Counted from the stretch's first letter, positions 29,112 through 39,888 are shown. The stretch is DNA of 64,000 nt from Longimicrobiales bacterium (GCA_963422615.1 OY730414.1:2278302-2342301); one strand, 5' to 3'. Numbers and translations are program-made. The notes: generated from the letters alone by a model not told the origin.

Positions 29112-31892
29112 ATGGACCGGAACGGGGCCGCTCCTGCCCATCCGACCTTGACCCTGGACGGGGAGGAAGTCGCCTTCCGTCCGGGAGAGACGGTCTACGA
29201 AGTCGCCCGACGCCGTGGGCTGGACATTCCCACCCTGTGTTACGACCCCCGTCTCGAGTCCTTCGGCGGGTGTCGGCTCTGTGTCGTCCAGTTGGAAGGC
29301 GCGCGAAATCCGGTGGCCTCCTGCACCACCCGGGCAGAGCCCGGCATGGAAGTCAAGACCCGGACCGGAAGCCTGGAAGTCCACCGCCGTATCCTCATGG
29401 AGATGTTGGCTTCGGAGAACCGGGACACGGACGTTGATCCCCTGCACGGCTATGCCTCCCAGGAGATGGCCCGACTTCTGGACCGCTACGGCGCCCGCAC
29501 GGGCAGGTTCCAGGGAACCCAGTCCGGCAGGAGCCGGGAGGACGACGACAACCCCTTCATCAAGCGGGACTACGACAACTGCATTTCCTGCTATCGCTGC
29601 GTCCGCATATGCGCCGAACAGGAGGGGGACTACGCGATCTCCATCATGAACCGGGGCTTCGACACCCGGATTACCACGGAGTTCGGCGGCCTGCTCAAGG
29701 ATTCGTCGTGCACATTCTGCGGGCAGTGCGTGCAGACGTGTCCCACCGGCGCCCTGGGCGACCTCAAGGCCCTCGCCAACCGACACGTCCCGGGCGAAAC
29801 CAAGACGACCCGGACGATCTGCCCCTATTGCGGCGTAGGATGCGCCGTGGACGTCATGACCCGGGGGGACACCCTGATCGGGGTCCTGCCGGCCATGGAC
29901 GGACCGGCAAACCAGGGCGCCCTCTGCGTCAAAGGACAGTACGCGTTCGACTTCGTTCAGCACCCGGACCGGCTGTCCACCCCCTTCGTTCGGGACGAGG
30001 CGGGGGCGCTCCGGCCCGCCTCCTGGGACGAGGCCCTGGACCGGGCCGCTACGAAACTGGGGGCAGTGATCGAAGAGCACGGGCGCCACGCCGTATACGG
30101 AATCGCTTCCGGACGCGCTCCCCACGAGGCCGCCTACATGATGCAGCGATTCATCCGGGCGGGATTGGGGACGAATCACATCGACAACTGTAGCCGCGCC
30201 TGACACGCCCCCACAGTCGCCGGTCTGGCGGCAACGATCGGAAGAGGGGCCATGTCGAACCCGCTGGCGGACATGGAGAAACCCGACGTGATCTTCTGCA
30301 TCGGGACCAACATGACCGAGTGCCATCCGGTGGCGGCTACCCGATTGAAACGGGCCCTGGCCGGGGGGGCCCAGATGATCGTAGCGGACCCAAGGCGGAT
30401 CCCCCTGGCCGACATTTCCGACATTCACCTGCCGATCCGGGTGGGGTCGGATGTGCCCCTCCTCCTTGCCATGGCCCACGTCATCGCCCGGGAGGGCCTG
30501 GCGGACGACGCCTTCATGGCCGAACGCACCGCCGGTGGGGAGGATTTCCTGGAGCACGTGAAGCAATTTCCGCCCGAATGGGCGTCCGAGATCTGCGAGG
30601 TCCCCGGGGCGGACATCGAGGCTGCGGCCCTCCTCTACGGCCGGGCCGAACGCGGCGCCATCTATTACACCCTGGGGATCACGGAGCACATCTGCGGCGT
30701 GGACAACGTCCAGAGCCTGTGCAACCTGGCCCTCCTGACGGGGAACATCGGGCGGGAGGGAACCGGCGTGAACCCCATGCGGGGCCAGAACAACATCCAG
30801 GGTGCGGGGGACTCCGGCGCGCTTCCCAACAACTACCCGGGGTTCCAGTCCGTCACCGACCCGAACGCCCAGGACAAGTTCGCCCGGGCCTACGGCCGAA
30901 AGACCGATCTGGCGGAGGGAATGACCAAGGTTACGGCCCTGGAACTGGCAGGTGACCGGATCCGGGCCATGATCATCAACGGAGAGAACACCGTTGTTTC
31001 CGATCCCGATCGCGTGCACTGCCAGCACGCCCTGGAGAGCCTAGACTGCATGGTCGTCATCGACATCTTCATGACCGAAACCGCTCGCATGGCCGATGTG
31101 GTGTTCCCCGCCACCGGTTGGGCCGAGACCGACGGGGTGTGCGCCAACACGGAACGGCGGGTTCAGCGCCTGCGGGCCGCCGTCCTCCCGCCGGGAGAAG
31201 CCCGACCGGACTGGTGGGTCGTCTCTCGGCTGGCCCAGCGCATGGGGTGGGAGGGCTTCGGCTTCGAGTCCGCGGAAGAAGTCTTCAACGAGCTCTGTCG
31301 TCTGTCGCCGATCTACCGGGGCTTGGATTGGGACCGAATCGAGGAAGGCGAGTATCAGTGGCCGGTGCCCGTTGCAGGACATCCGGGGACCCCCAGGCTC
31401 CACGAAGACGGCTTCGAGAACGGCCGGGGGATCTTCAAAACCCCTGTATACCGGGATCCGGCAGAGACCATCTCCGAAGACTACCCCATCTGGCTCACAA
31501 CCGGGCGCCGGCTCCCGTCGTACCACACCCGCACCCAAACCGGGCGGGCCCGGGGCATCGACTATCTGCTCTCGGAAGAAGTCCTGGAAGTCAACCCTGC
31601 CGACGTGACCGAGCTGGGCCTGGAAGACGGGGGTTGGGCCGAGATGAGTAGCGTTCGCGGGAGTGTCAATATCAAGGTGAAGGGGACGAGCCGCTCCCCC
31701 AGGGGCACGGTGTTTGCTTCCTTTTCCTTCGACGACGTGCCGGTCAACATCCTCACAGGGGGCGGATACGACCCCGTGACCCACACGGCCGAGTTGAAAG
31801 TGTGCCCCGTCGCGATCAAGGCAGCCAGCGGACCAGCCACCCCCACCGAAGGGAACGGATCCTCTCCCCTTGCCATGTCGCCCCCGCGATAG
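29112..31892 (+). CDS. fdhF: Selenocysteine-containing formate dehydrogenase alpha subunit (FdhF/FdsA-like, about 926 aa)
   Basis: ORFs 29112-30203 and 30252-31892 are in frame across TGA 30201-30203, in NCSRA-U-HAPTVAGL (catalytic Cys/Sec-His position). Also RGQNNIQG and N-terminal Fe-S motifs. Confidence 0.93.
30216..30232 (+). promoter_or_regulatory. Bacterial SECIS element
   Basis: Hairpin GTCGCC-GGTCT-GGCGGC starting 12 nt after the in-frame UGA; apical GGUCU resembles the E. coli fdhF SECIS. Confidence 0.8.
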
Positions 31893-32025
31893 ACCTCATC
31901 CGAACCCTCCGTCTTCCCGAGTCCCCCGGGCCCTTGCCCCCTTCCCCGCTCCACCTCACACTCCGGGCTCGGATGTCACCGGCAGCACCTCCGCCCTCAC
32001 GTCCATCCTCCAATCCGAAATCCTG

Positions 32026-33693
32026 ATGCTCTCCGACATTGCCATCGCCCAGGCTCACAAGATCAAACCCATCGCCCGGATCGCGGCTCGCGCCGGCCTC
32101 GCCGAGGAGGAAATTCAGAAGTACGGTACCTACAAGGCGAAAGTGCCCCTGGACGTCATTGAATCCCGGCCCGCCCGGGGCGCGAAGCTCGTTCTCGTCA
32201 CGGGGGTCAGCCCCACGCCCGCCGGCGAGGGCAAGTCCACTACCTCCGTCGGCCTGGCCGACGCCCTGACGCTTCGGGGTCGCAACCCCGTTCTCTGCAT
32301 TCGCGAGCCGTCCCTGGGGCCCGTGTTCGGGATCAAGGGCGGCGCGGCCGGGGGCGGCTATTCCCAGGTCGTTCCCATGGAGGACATCAACCTCCACTTC
32401 ACGGGCGACTTCCACGCCATCACATCTGCCCACGCCCTGCTTTCGGCCATGCTGGACAACCACCTCTTCCGGCCCAACCCCACCGGGCTGGACCCCCGCA
32501 GAATCACCTGGGGCCGGGCGGTGGACATGAACGACCGGGCGCTCCGAAGGGTCGTGGTCGGATTGGGCGGGCCTTTCGGAGGCGTCCCCCGGGAAGAGGG
32601 CTTCATGATCACCGCTGCATCGGAAGTCATGGCCATCTTTTGCCTGGCGAGAAACCTGGCGGACCTGGAAGAGCGCCTGGGCAACATCATCGTCGGGTAC
32701 ACGCGGAGCCGGGAGCCCGTACGCTGTCGCGACATCGGTGCCCACACCGCCATGACCATCCTCCTCCGGGACGCCATTCACCCCAACTTGGTGCAGACCT
32801 TGGGGGGCACCCCCGCCTTTGTTCACGGAGGACCCTTCGCCAACATCGCCCACGGCTGCAACTCCCTGATCGCCACGCGTTCCGGCATGAAGCTGGGCGA
32901 CATCGTGGTAACGGAAGCCGGCTTCGGGGCCGACCTGGGAGCCGAGAAGTTCTACGACATCAAGTGCCGACTGGGGGGCATCAAGCCCGACGCGACGGCC
33001 ATCGTGGCTACGATTCGTGCGCTCAAGATGCACGGCGGCGCTCCCAGGGACGCCCTGGCCCACGAGGACGTCCCGGCCCTGGAAAAAGGGATGGACAACC
33101 TCTTCGGCCACGTCGAGAACGTGAGCTGCTTCGGCGTTCCGGCGGTCGTCGCGCTCAACCGTTTCGCCAGCGACACGCCCGCCGAGGTCCGGACCCTCCT
33201 GGACGGATGCGCGGCCCGGGGCGTGCCAGCCGTGGAGGCGGACCCTCACGGAAGCGGGGGGGAAGGCTGCCTGGCCCTTGCCGACGCGGTGTGGGAGCTG
33301 GCCCAGGGAGGAACCGCCGACTTCCGGCCCCTCTACCCCGACGAGATGCCCCTCCGCGAAAAGATCGAAACCGTCGCCGATTCGATCTACGGCGCGGACG
33401 GGGTGGACTTCCAGCCGGGCGTTGCCGAGGAGTTGGCGCGCCTGGAATCCTACGGGCTGCGCAACGCCCCCGTTTGCATCGCCAAGACCCAGTACTCCTT
33501 CTCCGACAACCCCGCCCTCATGGGACGCCCCTCCGGCTTCCGGATCGCCGTGCGGAGCGTGACACCTTCCGCCGGCGCGGGATTCGTGGTGGCCAAGGCC
33601 GGCGCCATCATGACCATGCCCGGCTTGGCCGCCCGGCCCGCCGCCCTCTCCATGTCCATTGACGGCGACGGGGTGATCGCGGGGCTCATGTGA
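32026..33693 (+). CDS. fhs: Formate--tetrahydrofolate ligase
   Basis: PTPAGEGKST, GIKGGAAGGGYSQV, INLHFTGD, GPFANIAHGCNS, EAGFGADLG, AKTQYSFSD. Confidence 0.98.
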   Translation: MLSDIAIAQAHKIKPIARIAARAGLAEEEIQKYGTYKAKVPLDVIESRPARGAKLVLVTGVSPTPAGEGKSTTSVGLADALTLRGRNPVLCIREPSLGPVFGIKGGAAGGGYSQVVPMEDINLHFTGDFHAITSAHALLSAMLDNHLFRPNPTGLDPRRITWGRAVDMNDRALRRVVVGLGGPFGGVPREEGFMITAASEVMAIFCLARNLADLEERLGNIIVGYTRSREPVRCRDIGAHTAMTILLRDAIHPNLVQTLGGTPAFVHGGPFANIAHGCNSLIATRSGMKLGDIVVTEAGFGADLGAEKFYDIKCRLGGIKPDATAIVATIRALKMHGGAPRDALAHEDVPALEKGMDNLFGHVENVSCFGVPAVVALNRFASDTPAEVRTLLDGCAARGVPAVEADPHGSGGEGCLALADAVWELAQGGTADFRPLYPDEMPLREKIETVADSIYGADGVDFQPGVAEELARLESYGLRNAPVCIAKTQYSFSDNPALMGRPSGFRIAVRSVTPSAGAGFVVAKAGAIMTMPGLAARPAALSMSIDGDGVIAGLM

Positions 33694-33956
33694 GGGACGG
33701 CAAGGACCCGGGCGCGTACTGGGCCCGCAACCTGCGCTACGTTCTGGCGCTGCTGTCCATCTGGTTTCTCGTGAGTTACGGCTTCGGGATCGTCTTCGCC
33801 GATGCCCTCAACGCTGTGCGCATCCCCGGCACCGGCTTCAAACTGGGCTTCTGGTTCGCCCAGCAGGGAGCCATTTACGTATTCGTGGCTCTGATCTTCG
33901 TCTACGCGCGTCTCATGAACCGGTTGGACGAGGAATTCGGGGTGTCGGAAGAATGA
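33690..33956 (+). CDS. DUF4212 small membrane subunit of a sodium:solute symporter
   Basis: AYWARNL..WFLVSY..GFKLGFWFAQQGAI..YARLMNRLD pattern; GTG overlaps the fhs stop. Confidence 0.88.
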   Translation: MRDGKDPGAYWARNLRYVLALLSIWFLVSYGFGIVFADALNAVRIPGTGFKLGFWFAQQGAIYVFVALIFVYARLMNRLDEEFGVSEE

Positions 33957-34006
33957 TCCCCCGGACGTCGGCCGCCCCGGATCCCCCGGGGGCCTGAGGG
34001 GAGGCC

Positions 34007-35722
34007 GTGGACGTCCGAACGTGGACCTTCGTTCTGACGGGGGTGTCCTTCGCCCTGTACATCGCCGTGGCGATCCGGTCCCGGGCCAGCTCCACAAAGG
34101 ACTTCTACGTCGCCGGGACCGGCGTCTCCCCGGTGGCAAACGGCATGGCCACGGCTGCGGACTGGATGTCCGCCGCCTCCTTCATCTCCATGGCCGGACT
34201 GATCTCCTTCATGGGGTACGACGGCTCGGTCTATCTCTTGGGATGGACCGGCGGGTACGTGCTCCTGGCTCTGCTTCTTGCGCCGTACCTGCGAAAATTC
34301 GGATCCTACACGGTCCCCGACTTCGTGGGAGAACGGTACTACTCCCAAACGGCTCGAGTTGTCGCGGTCGTGTGCGCGATCTTCGTTTCCCTGACCTACG
34401 TGAGCGGACAGATGCGCGGCGTCGGAATCGTGTTCAGCCGCTTCTTGGAGGTGGACATCACCGTCGGGGTCGCGATCGGCATGGGAATCGTCTTTTTCTA
34501 TGCGGTTCTTGGCGGAATGAAGGGAATCACTTACACCCAGGTCGCCCAGTACTGTGTTCTGATCTTCGCCTACATGGTCCCCGCCATCTTCCTGGCAATC
34601 ATGATGACGGGCACCCCGATCCCTCAGCTGGGCTTCGGCGGGGCCGACCCCGAAACCGGCGTCTTCCTCCTGGACAAACTGGACGGTCTCCACGAGCAGC
34701 TGGGGTTTACGCCGTACACCGACGGCTCCAAGTCGATGATCGACGTCTTCTTCATCACGGCAGCCCTCATGGTGGGCACCGCCGGCCTACCCCACGTGAT
34801 CATCCGCTTCTATACGGTGCCCAAGGTCCGGGATGCCCGCACCTCGGTGGGCTGGGCTCTGGTGTTCATCGCGATTCTCTACACCACGGCCCCGGCGATC
34901 GCCGTTTTCGCCCGTGCCAACCTCCTGGACACGGTATCGGAGCAGCCGTACGACGAGGTTCCCGAGTGGTTCAGCAAGTGGGAAGACACGGGACTGATCG
35001 CCTTCGAGGATCGCAACGGAGACGGACGGATCCAGTACCGGGGGACGGCGTATCCCGTCCCGCCAGGGGAATCCGGCGAAAACGAGCTGACCATTGACCG
35101 GGACATCATGGTACTGGCAAACCCGGAGATTGCCGGACTGCCCAACTGGGTCGTGGGGCTGGTGGCGGCGGGAGGGCTGGCGGCGGCGCTCTCCACCGCA
35201 GCCGGACTCCTGCTGGTGGTTTCGTCGGCGATCAGCCACGACCTTCTGAAGCGGGCGTTTCGCCCCGACATCTCGGAGAAGGGGGAGCTCAAGGCGGCTC
35301 GGCGCAGCGCGGCCGTGGCCATCGTAGTGGCAGGCTATCTGGGGATCGACCCCCCGGGGTTCGTGGCCCAAGTCGTGGCCTTCGCCTTCGGACTCGCGGC
35401 CTCTTCGTTCTTCCCCGTCATCATCCTGGGTACCTTCACCCGGTTCATGAACCGGGAGGGGGCCATCGCGGGAATGGTATCCGGGATTGCCTTCACCACG
35501 AGCTACATCGTCTACTTCCGCTTCATCAACCCAGCCGCCGATGTGCCCGAGAACTGGTGGTTCGGAATCTCCCCCGAGGGAATCGGGACGTTGGGCATGC
35601 TCATCAACTTCGCCGTAGCCCTCTTGGTTCGGAAGTTCACGCCGCCCCCGCCCCAGCGGGTCCAGGCGCTGGTGGAGGAGATCCGAATTCCGAGGAGCGG
35701 GAGCCCGCTCCATACGCCGTAG
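34007..35722 (+). CDS. Sodium:solute symporter, ActP-related VC_2705-type (monocarboxylate permease)
   Basis: NGMATAADWMSAASFISMAG, GGMKGITYTQVAQY, GTAGLPHVIIRF, GGLAAALST. Confidence 0.9.
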   Translation: MDVRTWTFVLTGVSFALYIAVAIRSRASSTKDFYVAGTGVSPVANGMATAADWMSAASFISMAGLISFMGYDGSVYLLGWTGGYVLLALLLAPYLRKFGSYTVPDFVGERYYSQTARVVAVVCAIFVSLTYVSGQMRGVGIVFSRFLEVDITVGVAIGMGIVFFYAVLGGMKGITYTQVAQYCVLIFAYMVPAIFLAIMMTGTPIPQLGFGGADPETGVFLLDKLDGLHEQLGFTPYTDGSKSMIDVFFITAALMVGTAGLPHVIIRFYTVPKVRDARTSVGWALVFIAILYTTAPAIAVFARANLLDTVSEQPYDEVPEWFSKWEDTGLIAFEDRNGDGRIQYRGTAYPVPPGESGENELTIDRDIMVLANPEIAGLPNWVVGLVAAGGLAAALSTAAGLLLVVSSAISHDLLKRAFRPDISEKGELKAARRSAAVAIVVAGYLGIDPPGFVAQVVAFAFGLAASSFFPVIILGTFTRFMNREGAIAGMVSGIAFTTSYIVYFRFINPAADVPENWWFGISPEGIGTLGMLINFAVALLVRKFTPPPPQRVQALVEEIRIPRSGSPLHTP

Positions 35723-35869
35723 CCCCTAGCGCGGGTCCAATTTCGGTGGGCACGCCACGCCCTAGCAGGAGACTTCGGTTGCGACCCCGTCCCTTGCGGA
35801 TCCCTGCGGATTTCGGCCCCGGATTTGTTTTCGCCACCACCCCGGCCCAATTCCCCGCCGAAGGGTGAC

Positions 35870-38407
35870 TTACGGATCCCGGCTCCCCCGCCCCAGCTCC
35901 GCGAGCACCCGGCGCGCCATATCGTCGCTCGGAGAAAGCGCCACGGCCTCGCGAATGTGGTAAAGCGCGCGCCCGGAACGCCCCGCCCGTTGCAGCGCGA
36001 TTCCCAAGTTGAGGTGGGCGCGGCTCATTTCGGGCGCCAGGGCCACGGCCCTTTCGTACGCCCGGAGGGCTTCCGCCACCCTGCCCCCCCGGAGGTGAAG
36101 GTTGCCGAGGTTGAAGTACGCGAGCGATTCGTTGGGGTCCGCCCGGAGTGCAGCCAAATAGCTGCGGATGGCCCCGCCCTGATCGCCCGACGCGGCCCGG
36201 GCGATGCCCTGGTTCACGTGAACCAGGGGCTGGTTCGGATCGGAGGCCAAGCTTTCCGCAAAACGCCGGATGGCCGCCGGAAAGTCGCCGGCCGCGCTGT
36301 GAACGAGGCCGAGAGAGCGAAGTACGGCGGCATCTTCCGGGAGAACGTCCAGGGCTTTTTCGTAGAGCGCCTCCGCCGCAGCGGGGTCGCCCTGTTCCAG
36401 GGCTTCGTCCGCGAGGAATCCCAGGATCATGGCCCAACGTCGCCGGATGGGGAGAGGGCGGGTTTCCGGGGAGGTGGCAGCCGGGGGGAGGTTGGATTCG
36501 GGACCTGCCGCGTGTAGCGTCGCCAGCGCGAGGGCCTGCAGGTCGAGGTCCGGGGAGTCGGCCAGGAGGCTCGTCCGCTCCCGGGCAATGGAATCCAGCC
36601 CGACACCGGGCCGGACCCATGCCATGAGGAACCGGGCAAGGGCCAGAAACTGGGCCATCGGCCGGTCGACCTCGGGATGCAACAGCATTCGGGCCGCTTG
36701 ACGTTCCCCCATATTCCGGGTGACACCCAACAGCCCCGCGGTTGGCGGATCATGGGGCTTCAGTTCTCCCCACCACCCCTCCACCTGCCGCTGAAGGAAC
36801 ACTTCACTTCGGTCCTGGTGGCAGCCCCGGCAGGCGCTGGTCAAGCCCAGGCGTCCGTCAAGTCCGGGCCGTGGAATTGGGATGGTATGGTCCGCCCGGG
36901 CAAAGGGGACGGCATCGCCGACCTCGGGGTGCTGGAGGAAGGGCATGTGACACGAAACACAACGGCTGCCGGGAGAATCCGCCGGGTGGAAGGTGTGGAA
37001 CTCGGGATCGGATGCCTTGGAGGCGTGGCACGCCGTGCACTGGCGATCGTCTCGTTCGTTCGCCAGGGGACGCCGGTGGGTGTCCCAATACCCCATACCG
37101 TGAGGCTCGTGGCAGCTTACGCACGACATATTTCCGTCCAGGTAGCACGCCGACGAAAGGTGCGTACCCTGATAGGCAAAGGTCCGGACGCGGCCGTCGG
37201 GAAGGTAGGGGTCGTCTCCCAACACGGGGAGCTTGAGGGCGTAGTAGTCCGTCAGCCGTTCACCGGGCAGGTACCCGTCCGAGACCCTGTCCTTCAGGGC
37301 ATGGCACTGGAAGCACACCTCCAGGGACGCCTCAACGCCATCCGTCACCCGCGTGGGGATGCCGATGTCGCCCGCTTCGCCGAAATCGGAGCCGCCTCTC
37401 CGGTCCCCGACCGCTCTTCGGTTGTCGGCTCCTCGGTTGCCGTCGACGGCCCCGGCAGGCGGTCGTTCCGTCCCGGCTTGGCTCGCTTCCATGATCTCGA
37501 CGTGCCGCGCGGCAGGTCCATGACAGGATTCGCAATTGATGGCCAGGGAAGTCCACCGGGTGGAAACCCCGGAACCGACAACAAGCTCGGACCGAATTTG
37601 GCTGCCGTGGCAGGCCTGACAGTTCGCGAACCGGGAAAGGGAGCCCAGGACCCTGACCGGTGGCCAGTCCCCGCAATCCGCGAGCGCCAGGTTGCCGTCA
37701 ACGGGAACCCACCCCTGGTCTTTTCGGGTGCCGGTGTTGCAGAACCATGCGGGGAGCTGCCGGGAGTATTCGAAGGGAAGCAGGCGGACGGTTCCGTCGG
37801 ACGCCCGGGTCACGTACCCCTGGGTGCCGCCCCCCAGCATGTGCCCTCCCCCGATAACCCCGTCCACGGTAAAGATCCGCTCCGGGTGGGCGTCTTGGCG
37901 GACGACGAACCTGTACGCTCCCCCAGGCCCGATCCCGGGAACGACGGTCCCGTCCCGGAAGACCACGGGAGATCCGTCGAAAGGTGCGATCACCGTCTCG
38001 GGACCCGGCTCCCCACCGGCCCGACCGTGGGTTGAGGCGGACCATCTGGCGTACAGTTCCGCGTGACAACCGCGGCAGGCCGCCGCGCCTACGAAGTCCT
38101 CGGCCCGGGTCAGGGACGGCCCCGTTTCCGGTGCCCCTCCGTCGACCGGGTTGGACGCGAAACCGACGGGGTTGGGTCCCCCATCGCCCCCGCAAGACGC
38201 CAATAAGAGAAGAAGCGAGCCAAGCACCAAGGCGGCTGCGGCTCCTCTGCGCCATCGTTTGCTCCGAAATTCGCGCGCCGCCCTGTCTTCCCGCGCCGTC
38301 CTGTCGGAGTTCTCGGGGGGCTTTAACGCGACCTCGGGCAAGCGCTGCCTCGGAGCCACTCCCGCGGGAGGGTCTGCAGCCCGGGTTCCGGATCGCCCCA
38401 ACGTCAT
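35870..38407 (-). CDS. Octaheme cytochrome c lipoprotein with C-terminal TPR repeats
   Basis: Eight CxxCH motifs (CRGCH, CQACH, CESCH, CFQCH, CVSCH, CTACH, CVSCH, CRGCH), lipobox-like LLASC, about five TPRs. ATG 38407 overlaps the upstream stop. Confidence 0.88.
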   Translation of the reverse strand: MTLGRSGTRAADPPAGVAPRQRLPEVALKPPENSDRTAREDRAAREFRSKRWRRGAAAALVLGSLLLLLASCGGDGGPNPVGFASNPVDGGAPETGPSLTRAEDFVGAAACRGCHAELYARWSASTHGRAGGEPGPETVIAPFDGSPVVFRDGTVVPGIGPGGAYRFVVRQDAHPERIFTVDGVIGGGHMLGGGTQGYVTRASDGTVRLLPFEYSRQLPAWFCNTGTRKDQGWVPVDGNLALADCGDWPPVRVLGSLSRFANCQACHGSQIRSELVVGSGVSTRWTSLAINCESCHGPAARHVEIMEASQAGTERPPAGAVDGNRGADNRRAVGDRRGGSDFGEAGDIGIPTRVTDGVEASLEVCFQCHALKDRVSDGYLPGERLTDYYALKLPVLGDDPYLPDGRVRTFAYQGTHLSSACYLDGNMSCVSCHEPHGMGYWDTHRRPLANERDDRQCTACHASKASDPEFHTFHPADSPGSRCVSCHMPFLQHPEVGDAVPFARADHTIPIPRPGLDGRLGLTSACRGCHQDRSEVFLQRQVEGWWGELKPHDPPTAGLLGVTRNMGERQAARMLLHPEVDRPMAQFLALARFLMAWVRPGVGLDSIARERTSLLADSPDLDLQALALATLHAAGPESNLPPAATSPETRPLPIRRRWAMILGFLADEALEQGDPAAAEALYEKALDVLPEDAAVLRSLGLVHSAAGDFPAAIRRFAESLASDPNQPLVHVNQGIARAASGDQGGAIRSYLAALRADPNESLAYFNLGNLHLRGGRVAEALRAYERAVALAPEMSRAHLNLGIALQRAGRSGRALYHIREAVALSPSDDMARRVLAELGRGSRDP

Positions 38408-39885
38408 CGGCGGCGGCCGTCCCGGGACCACGCCGGGCCCAGGCACTCACAGAGCTCCCGGATATAGGCTACCAGAGCCCGGATCTCCCCGTCGTTCAGG
38501 GAGGGGCCAAAGGCCGGCATCCGGTGGCTCTTTCCCAAGACCCAGGCCCCCGCGAAAATCCCGTCGTACAGGGTGTCGTCCGGGCGTTTCGACATGGTCT
38601 CTGCGTCTCCGAGAACCGCAGGCGGGACGGGCAAGAACGGAGCATTGAAGCCGTCACCTCCACCCTCCAAGCCGTGGCACGGCGCGCATCTGGCTCCGTA
38701 GAGAACCCCTCCGATACCGACGTCTTCTCTGCCCAAGGGGGGTGCAGGGCTGGCCACCGCCTCGCTCCCACTCCACGCCGCTTCCCGCTGGAAGAGGAAG
38801 GAAACGATCAGGTCCATCCGGTCCGGTTGCTCGAACGACCCGGGCATCATCGTACCGGGAACCAGCGACGCGGGATCCTGAACCAGGGCCCGGACATATC
38901 CGGGCTGCAGACGGTGGGCAATTCCATCCAACCGGGGCCCGATCCTACCTCCGTCGCTGCCCAGCTGGTGACATCCGAGGCAGCTCCAGCGGTCGCGAAG
39001 GAGCGTCTCCGCCTTCTGCATGGCAAAGGGGGAAAGGGTCTGGGGGTCCCATGGCGCCACTTCCCCTCCGGTCCGGTCCATCAGGAAGCGAGTGAGGGTA
39101 TCCAACTCGGCGGGCGTAAACCGAAAGTCCGGCATCTGCCCACCCTGACCCGGCTCGGATCCGGCAGGTCGGATCGTGACCGGATCCGACAAGTAGGCGC
39201 GGACCCATTCTTCCCGCGCACGGACGCCTTCCACGCCCAGGTCGGGGGCCGTTCTGCGGGGCTCGGCCTCGGCGTGAACGTGACATCCGGCGCAATTGAA
39301 GGCCTTGAAGAGGGCCTTCCCTTCTTCTCGATCCGTTTCGGGAAAGCGATCCCGAGCGGCCAGGAACGCCTCGTCCACCCCCCTCAGCTCTCCCTCGTTG
39401 GTGGAAAAAAGAGCGAGGGCGACCCGCTCGCGTTCGTCCAGATCGTACGCGGGCATGCGCACCGGCCAGATGTCGGGCCGCACGCTGCGGGGGTCGGCCA
39501 AGTAGTGAAAGATGTACGCAGGAGCAAGAGAAGCACCTCCTAAACCCAGGGGTGGCGCCACGCCGCGAATGGCGTCACCGGTGGGGACGCCTTCATGACA
39601 TACTCCGCATCCCAGAGCCTCGGTCAGTTCAGCTCCGGAGAACGCCTCCTGCCCGAACCCGAGAAGCTCCTGCTCCGACGCTGGAGCCCGCCGCCCAAAC
39701 GCAGAATCATCCCGCCCGGGAGCGGGAGCCTGGTACGGGAGACGAAGGTCCGAGGAGGAGCCCCCTAGGGCCGACGCCGATGTATCCGTCGTCACGCTAG
39801 GCCATGCCCCGGAAGCGCCCGTCAGCACAATGGCCGCGACGACGACCAACCGTACAACGGGCTTCGCCTTCATCGGAGCAGGCAC
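38404..39885 (-). CDS. Periplasmic tetraheme cytochrome c made of four class-I domains
   Basis: CGVCH, CAGCH, CLGCH and CAPCH, each followed by a distal MP motif (RMPAY, QMPDF, MMPGS, RMPAF); signal peptide. Confidence 0.88.
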   Translation of the reverse strand: MPAPMKAKPVVRLVVVAAIVLTGASGAWPSVTTDTSASALGGSSSDLRLPYQAPAPGRDDSAFGRRAPASEQELLGFGQEAFSGAELTEALGCGVCHEGVPTGDAIRGVAPPLGLGGASLAPAYIFHYLADPRSVRPDIWPVRMPAYDLDERERVALALFSTNEGELRGVDEAFLAARDRFPETDREEGKALFKAFNCAGCHVHAEAEPRRTAPDLGVEGVRAREEWVRAYLSDPVTIRPAGSEPGQGGQMPDFRFTPAELDTLTRFLMDRTGGEVAPWDPQTLSPFAMQKAETLLRDRWSCLGCHQLGSDGGRIGPRLDGIAHRLQPGYVRALVQDPASLVPGTMMPGSFEQPDRMDLIVSFLFQREAAWSGSEAVASPAPPLGREDVGIGGVLYGARCAPCHGLEGGGDGFNAPFLPVPPAVLGDAETMSKRPDDTLYDGIFAGAWVLGKSHRMPAFGPSLNDGEIRALVAYIRELCECLGPAWSRDGRRR

Positions 39886-39888
39886 CGG

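Noticed and set aside
29112..31892. Two separate FDH genes or a nonsense pseudogene
   Set aside because: The single TGA is at the catalytic Sec position with a SECIS-like hairpin, and both parts are in frame.
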